A stretch of 64,000 nucleotides of DNA from the human T2T-CHM13v2.0 reference genome, Homo sapiens. The DNA is taken from the NCBI RefSeq assembly GCF_009914755.1, contig NC_060936.1; one strand, written 5' to 3'. Below are positions 58,536-64,000 of the stretch, in pieces. The notes beneath the pieces were generated by a model that saw only the letters and a program-made list of their open reading frames with translations, ran no database searches and had not been told where the DNA came from. The position numbers and the translations under genes are program-made. Numbering within the stretch: the stretch's first letter is position 1; each line of letters begins with the position of its first letter.

Positions 58536-58692
58536 AAAAGGTAAAGGTAAATCTGGGTGCTTTTTAAGATTAAATATTTAAGAAGGCCAAATGTTGAGTA
58601 TTCCAGATGACTTTTCAAATGGCAACTTCCATTAATGCCATAAAAGAAGAACAGAAAAGAAGAAAAGAGAGAGAGAGAGAGATTGAGGATAA

Positions 58693-59068
<376 letters not shown>

Positions 59069-59510
59069 TTAAGAAAGATTCTACCAAGTGCCTTGGGAAA
59101 TAAAATATACTCCAACTTTAAACACATCATTGTGAAATTTTAGAACCCAAAAAAATAAAGACAGAATCCTAAAACTTTCTAGATAGAGAAAAATATAAAT
59201 GGAACTAAGCATGGTATCAGATTTCAAATGAGCAATGCCAGCTTTGTTTTCTTCAGTCTGTTCTCCTTAGATTTGTCTACATTTCCCTCCTAATATTGAT
59301 ATAAATGATTATTATAAATAAATGACCATTTTTATCTTTCCTTTTAAATAATGAAAGCATTGCAAAATTATAAAAGTAAACAAATTAAAAAGTGAACAGT
59401 TAATAAAGCTTACTTAAAAACAGTAGTCACAATGAAAAATATAGCTTTAATGTCAGAAAAAATAATTTTAAACTGATAGCTCTATATCTAGTTAAATTAG
59501 CAGTCAAATA

Positions 59511-61110
59511 TAAGGGGACTTTTCAGTTCATGAAAAATGGAATTAAAGGATAAAAAGTAAAAGTACAAACTTTATTTTTCAACTTTATTTTCAAACTTTA
59601 TTTTCCATCAAGTTCAAGACTCTTTTGCAAGCAATGATACCAGCCATTCAGTTCATCCTTAAAGAACTGCACAACAATTCCTAGTCCAGAGAAAAAGAAG
59701 AAAAAGAAAAAAAAGAGAGATAACAAGGACTAACAGAAAGGAATTACAATTATATCACCTGGACACATCATGCTTAAGATTCAACTGAGAGCATGCCAGG
59801 GATGCTCTCTAACGTAATCAAGGGAACGTTCAATGAAACAAAGTGATTTATCATCTATAACTTCAAACCTATTTGTGTCTTGACACCAACTCTGTTAACC
59901 TTATGTCATCATTTCTTAGAGTCTTTGATATGCAAATAAAAGTTTCTTTGTATTAAAAAAAAAAAAAAACCTGAGAGGCCTGGAGATTTAACCATGTCAA
60001 GGCAGTCTTTATTGCATTATTAATTGAAGAAAAACAGGTGCATTTTTCACCAATTTTTTGAGAGACTAGGAAACAAAAAGAAGTCAGAAGGAGCCACATC
60101 AGGATTGTAAGGTGGATGCCTAATTAGGTCCCACCAAAACTCTCACAAAATTGCCCTTGTTTGATGAGAAGACTAAGAAAAAGCATTGTCATGGTTTTCC
60201 AGGAATTTTTCTGCTAAACCTTTGGCTAATTTTCTCAATACATTCTCATAATAAGCAGATGTTATCATTCTTTGGCCTCCAGAAAGTCAAAAAGCAAAAT
60301 GCTTTGAGCATCCTAAAAAACTGTTACCATGACCTTTATTCTTGATTGGTCCACTTTTGCTTTGACTGGACCACTTCCACCTCTTGGTAGCCATTGCTTT
60401 GATTGTGCTTTGTTTTCAAGATTGTACCAGTAAAGCCATGTTTCATCTTCTGTTACAAGTCTTTGAAGAAATGCTTCAGGATCTTGATCCCAGTTGTTAA
60501 AATTTGCATTGAAAACTCTTTTCTTGTCTGCAGGTGATCTGGGTGCAACAGCTTTGGCAACCATCAAGTAGAAAGTTTGCTCAACTTAAGTTTTTCACAC
60601 AAAATTGTGTAAACTGAACTAATTGAGACATCTATGTTGTTGGCAATTGTTTCTGCTGTTAGTTGTTGGTCCTCTTCAATTAGGGCACAAATAAGATGAA
60701 CTTTTTCCTCAAAAACTGATGTGGATGGTTAGCCACTAAAAGATTCATTTTTAACACCATGTCATCCCTTCTTAAAACAAGTCATCCATTTGTAAACTGT
60801 TTTTCTTTGGGGACATTGTCCCCACAAACTTTTCATAGAGCATCAATGATTTCACCATTCTTCCATCCAAGTTTTACCATAAATTTGATGTTTGTTCTTG
60901 CTTCATTATTAGCAGAATTTATGTTGCTATTATTAGAGAATAGGGGCTTTTTTGACACTGATTTCTTATCCTTCTTAGTGCCTCAAACTAAATCCTGTTC
61001 AAACATGTTATAACAAATTAGTATGAGCTCATTTTTGTGCAAAAACTTTTGAAATCCATGCATAGTTTTTCATAATATCCATTTTCCTTGACCTTTTTGA
61101 AGACCCCTCC
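59511..61110 (-). mobile_element. Hsmar2 mariner transposon, near full length, decayed
   Basis: TA flanks, both TIRs ('aggggacttttcagttcatgaaaaatg' / 'cattttccttgacctttttgaagacccctc'), transposase remnant 'VTEDETWLYWY...SKQWLPRGGSGPVKAK' (ORF 60313-60567). Confidence 0.9.
59670..59969 (+). pseudogene. NOP58: 5'-truncated processed pseudogene fragment of NOP58 (C-terminal codons + 3'UTR + poly-A)
   Basis: 59671-59733 translates TTIPSPEKKKKKKKKRDNKD*, matching the recalled NOP58 C-terminus (SPEKKKKKKKKRENED); AATAAA 59935-59940; A15 tail; degenerate TSD aaagaactg/aaaaacctg. Confidence 0.8.
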
Positions 61111-61609
61111 TATAATGTGGAATAAAAGTATTTCAGATATATAAAGATTCAGAATGTTTACATCGGAATCTCACACATCCTCTCTTAGTAACTTACTTAA
61201 GGATGCTTTCCAAAAAAAAAGAAAGGAGGAAACCAAGAAAGGAGAACTTCAAGCCAAGAGATTAGGGAACCATGCCAGAAAAATAAGAATTATTAGTGGT
61301 TAGATGAAAACTGCAAAGAGTTCAAAAGAACAATTAGTCCAGATGGAGCAAAGAGGCACCCAGAAAAAATAAAGACTTATTAAAATTGACACTTTCCTTA
61401 GTAACTGAAATAATTTAAGAACTTAATAAAGAGAGACAATGTAAATTAGAGAACAAAAATTAGAAACTCAAAGAAAAGCAGAAAAAAATAGCTATTAAAG
61501 AATAGAACTTAACACACTATTTGATATGCTATGAACAGTATTTTAATATTATAAAAATGTGAATGGTACTTGTGTATTTACAAATTTTAGACACAGCCTA
61601 TGCACCTGA

Positions 61610-61920
61610 AATCACAAATTGGTAGCCAAATGCTAACTCCAACTCACAGAAGTGCTTTATTTGACCTACTCTGTGTTCGTGTGTGTATCTTGATTGAATG
61701 AGTTTCCACTACTTTTAAATCTAGAGTTTTAAATCTGGAGTTTCCACATAAATGTCTGCATTGGCAACCTTCTTTGAAAACACTAGGAGATTTGCATCAC
61801 TGGATCCAATATTCATGCAGGCAACATTGAGCTTGCACTGGCCAAACCAAAAAGATATGTAAATCCCATTAACTCATGCCTCTCTGGCCTCTGTAGCATT
61901 TGAAGTTTCAACACCTCCTA
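61610..61920 (-). mobile_element. MER102-like hAT-Charlie element
   Basis: 'aaatctggagtttccacataaatgtctg...ttctttgaaaacactaggagatttgca...gcatttgaagttt'. Confidence 0.55.
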
Positions 61921-63280
61921 CACGCAGAGAATGAAAGGCTTAATTATGGTCACAAAATAACAGAGAAATATTATGAATATTTTTTGATAATATAAACATT
62001 GCTTATGATTGAAGCTACGAGTCGAGGGGTGAAGTGAAATGAAGAAAATAATAGAGATGTTAGTATACCTTTATTTTTGAAATTTGAAAATCATGGGCTG
62101 ACAGAATAAGGTATAAATATTTCACACATTATGTGAAGTTATAAAAGTCACAGATAGAGGAATTAAAAATAATAATATAACTATATTAAGACAGGAAAAA
62201 GAAAGTGAGGGATTTTCTAAATCCTTATGAGTCATAGCAGATTGTCCATAGATATCGGAAATTTGTAAACCAAAAACTAGTGAGATAAACATTTTAATCA
62301 CAGTATTAACCCCTAAAAACGAACCAAAAGTAGAGTAGCTTACAGAATTTGCAATAATTTCTTCTAGGCTTGAGACAGTATGTGTATGGTTGGATGTGGC
62401 CAGGGAGTGTCACTTTTCACTGGAAGCTATCTTTTCTCACACTAGCCATTTGGAATCTAGAATCTGCCTATGTGGTAGACACAGAATTCATAGGGTTGCC
62501 AAAAAGCTACATGTGCAGGAGGGCTGCCCAAAGGAGGGGAGAAGCATGCTCTATTGGGGGTTTTAGACTGTGGATCAACAGTGAGGGTGTTCAGTGTGTG
62601 CTTTTATCCAGACTTAGCAGATGATCACTTAGACAATCAGTCTCCAGTTCAATCCTGGCATGTAAGAATTTAAATTGTGTTTTAAATATCAACCAGTCTG
62701 GTGAGATAGGCCTCAGAGGATGCTCTTGGAGGGCTAGTAAATTGATACACAGAGTCTGTTTAGGAACAATGTGGTGATATATCAAGAACCACAAACATAA
62801 TCATAGCCATTGACCTGGAAGTCCCAATTCTGAGAACGTATTCTAAAAAAGAAAATTTAAAGATATTTTATATATGTTTTAACCACATGCCTATTTAACC
62901 TCTCAACTATATACTGCAATACCTGGGTGACCACGAAAGTATAGTTCATTATCAGACAACATTCTTATTCTCTGTTGGCTGATTATAAACGTTTCCATAG
63001 TGAGAGGACAGGACAACTTCGAATGTTAACTTTTAATATCGTATAATCTTTCAGTAAGCTTCAAATGATTGAGTGCCAGTCTCATTTCCTACCATCTGCC
63101 TCCCTCTTTCCTATTTTATCCTTAAGCCACCCTCCAAACCCTCCATATATGTACCGCAGTTTCACCTCCATTCTAGTGGCATTCTAGGTGGTCAAGGCCA
63201 TGAGGAAAAAAGAAGCTCTATCCTGGAAGCTCCATCCTGGAAGAAAAGAAATGAAGCTTCAATAGAATTGTTCTCCTTAG

Positions 63281-63397
63281 GAACAGGCTCAGAACCTCAG
63301 AGTGAAGCATCTGCAGGCAAACCAAAATGACTTCATGTTACTCATTTGAAATAGCATAATAAGGATAATTTATTAAAAGACATTTTTCCCATTGCAG
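63281..63397 (+). ncRNA. candidate 117-nt non-coding exon
   Basis: acceptor 'ttgttctcctTAG|G', donor CAG|GTAAGA; stops in all three frames. Confidence 0.25.
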
Positions 63398-63519
63398 GTA
63401 AGAATAAAGATTGCATATAGTTATGTTTTCTATAATATTGTTGATATTAAAAATTTATGAGTAACTTAATTCCCTGACTATAGGAGAATCTTAAATAAAT
63501 TCTAAATACTTTCTCTTCC

Positions 63520-64000
63520 CTGCCAGGTTTTCACATGGCTGGATCCTTCTCATCATTCTTTAGAAAGGCCTTTAAGGCTGAGTGTGGTGGTCCATGCCTG
63601 TAATCCCAGCACTTTGGGAGGCCGAGGCAGGAGAATCACTTGAGGCCAGGAGTTCAAGAGCAGCCTAAAGCAACATGCTGAGACCTTCCATCTCTACAAG
63701 AAACCTTTTAAAATTTAAAAAATTATAATTAAAAAAAGAAAGACCTTTGTAGATCACCACCCACCACCATCCTCCAACATCTTATTTTCCCATCTCTATC
63801 TTTTATTTTTATCATAGCTCTAATCACTATTTAAATATGTATTCCTAAAAATTTGTCTCTATCTTTATCATCTCTCTTCTTCCATTAGATTGTAGCCTCC
63901 ATGAAGTCAAGGACTGCCTATCTCGTTCACTACAGTATCCACTGTATATGGAACTGAACCTGGCACATAATAGGTGCTTGATAAATATTTGCTAACAAAT
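63520..64000 (+). mobile_element. L2 3' region interrupted by FLAM
   Basis: 'catggctggatccttctcatc'...'cctggcacataataggtgcttgataaatatttg'. Confidence 0.75.
63576..63736 (+). mobile_element. FLAM_C-like Alu monomer
   Basis: left arm only plus A-rich tail; TSD agaaaggccttt/agaaagaccttt. Confidence 0.88.

Overview
Primate (human-like) AT-rich, repeat-dense non-coding DNA, intergenic or deep intronic. I see no intact protein-coding gene, CpG island, tRNA/rRNA or CRISPR array; the listed ORFs are repeat-derived, low-complexity or chance. The window holds Alu (J/S/Y, FLAM/FRAM), L1 (L1PA, L1PB, L1M), L2, MIR, MaLR/ERV LTRs (MLT1, THE1, MER57, MER52-group) and DNA transposons (Tigger1, Hsmar2, MER5A, MADE2, MER102, MER58). 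Most notable: (1) a 191-bp perfectly identical tract, carrying private mutations, shared by two inverted L1PA copies of different age about 5 kb apart (37160-37350 vs 42425-42615), which indicates ectopic gene conversion and a possible inversion substrate; (2) a 5'-truncated NOP58 retrocopy inside a near full-length Hsmar2; (3) several small TPRT and template-switch footprints; (4) a set of well-formed + strand splice sites that may belong to a spliced non-coding RNA. Subfamily calls and the NOP58 assignment come from recalled consensus sequences, not a search, and old-repeat boundaries are approximate. I found no convincing new biological system.
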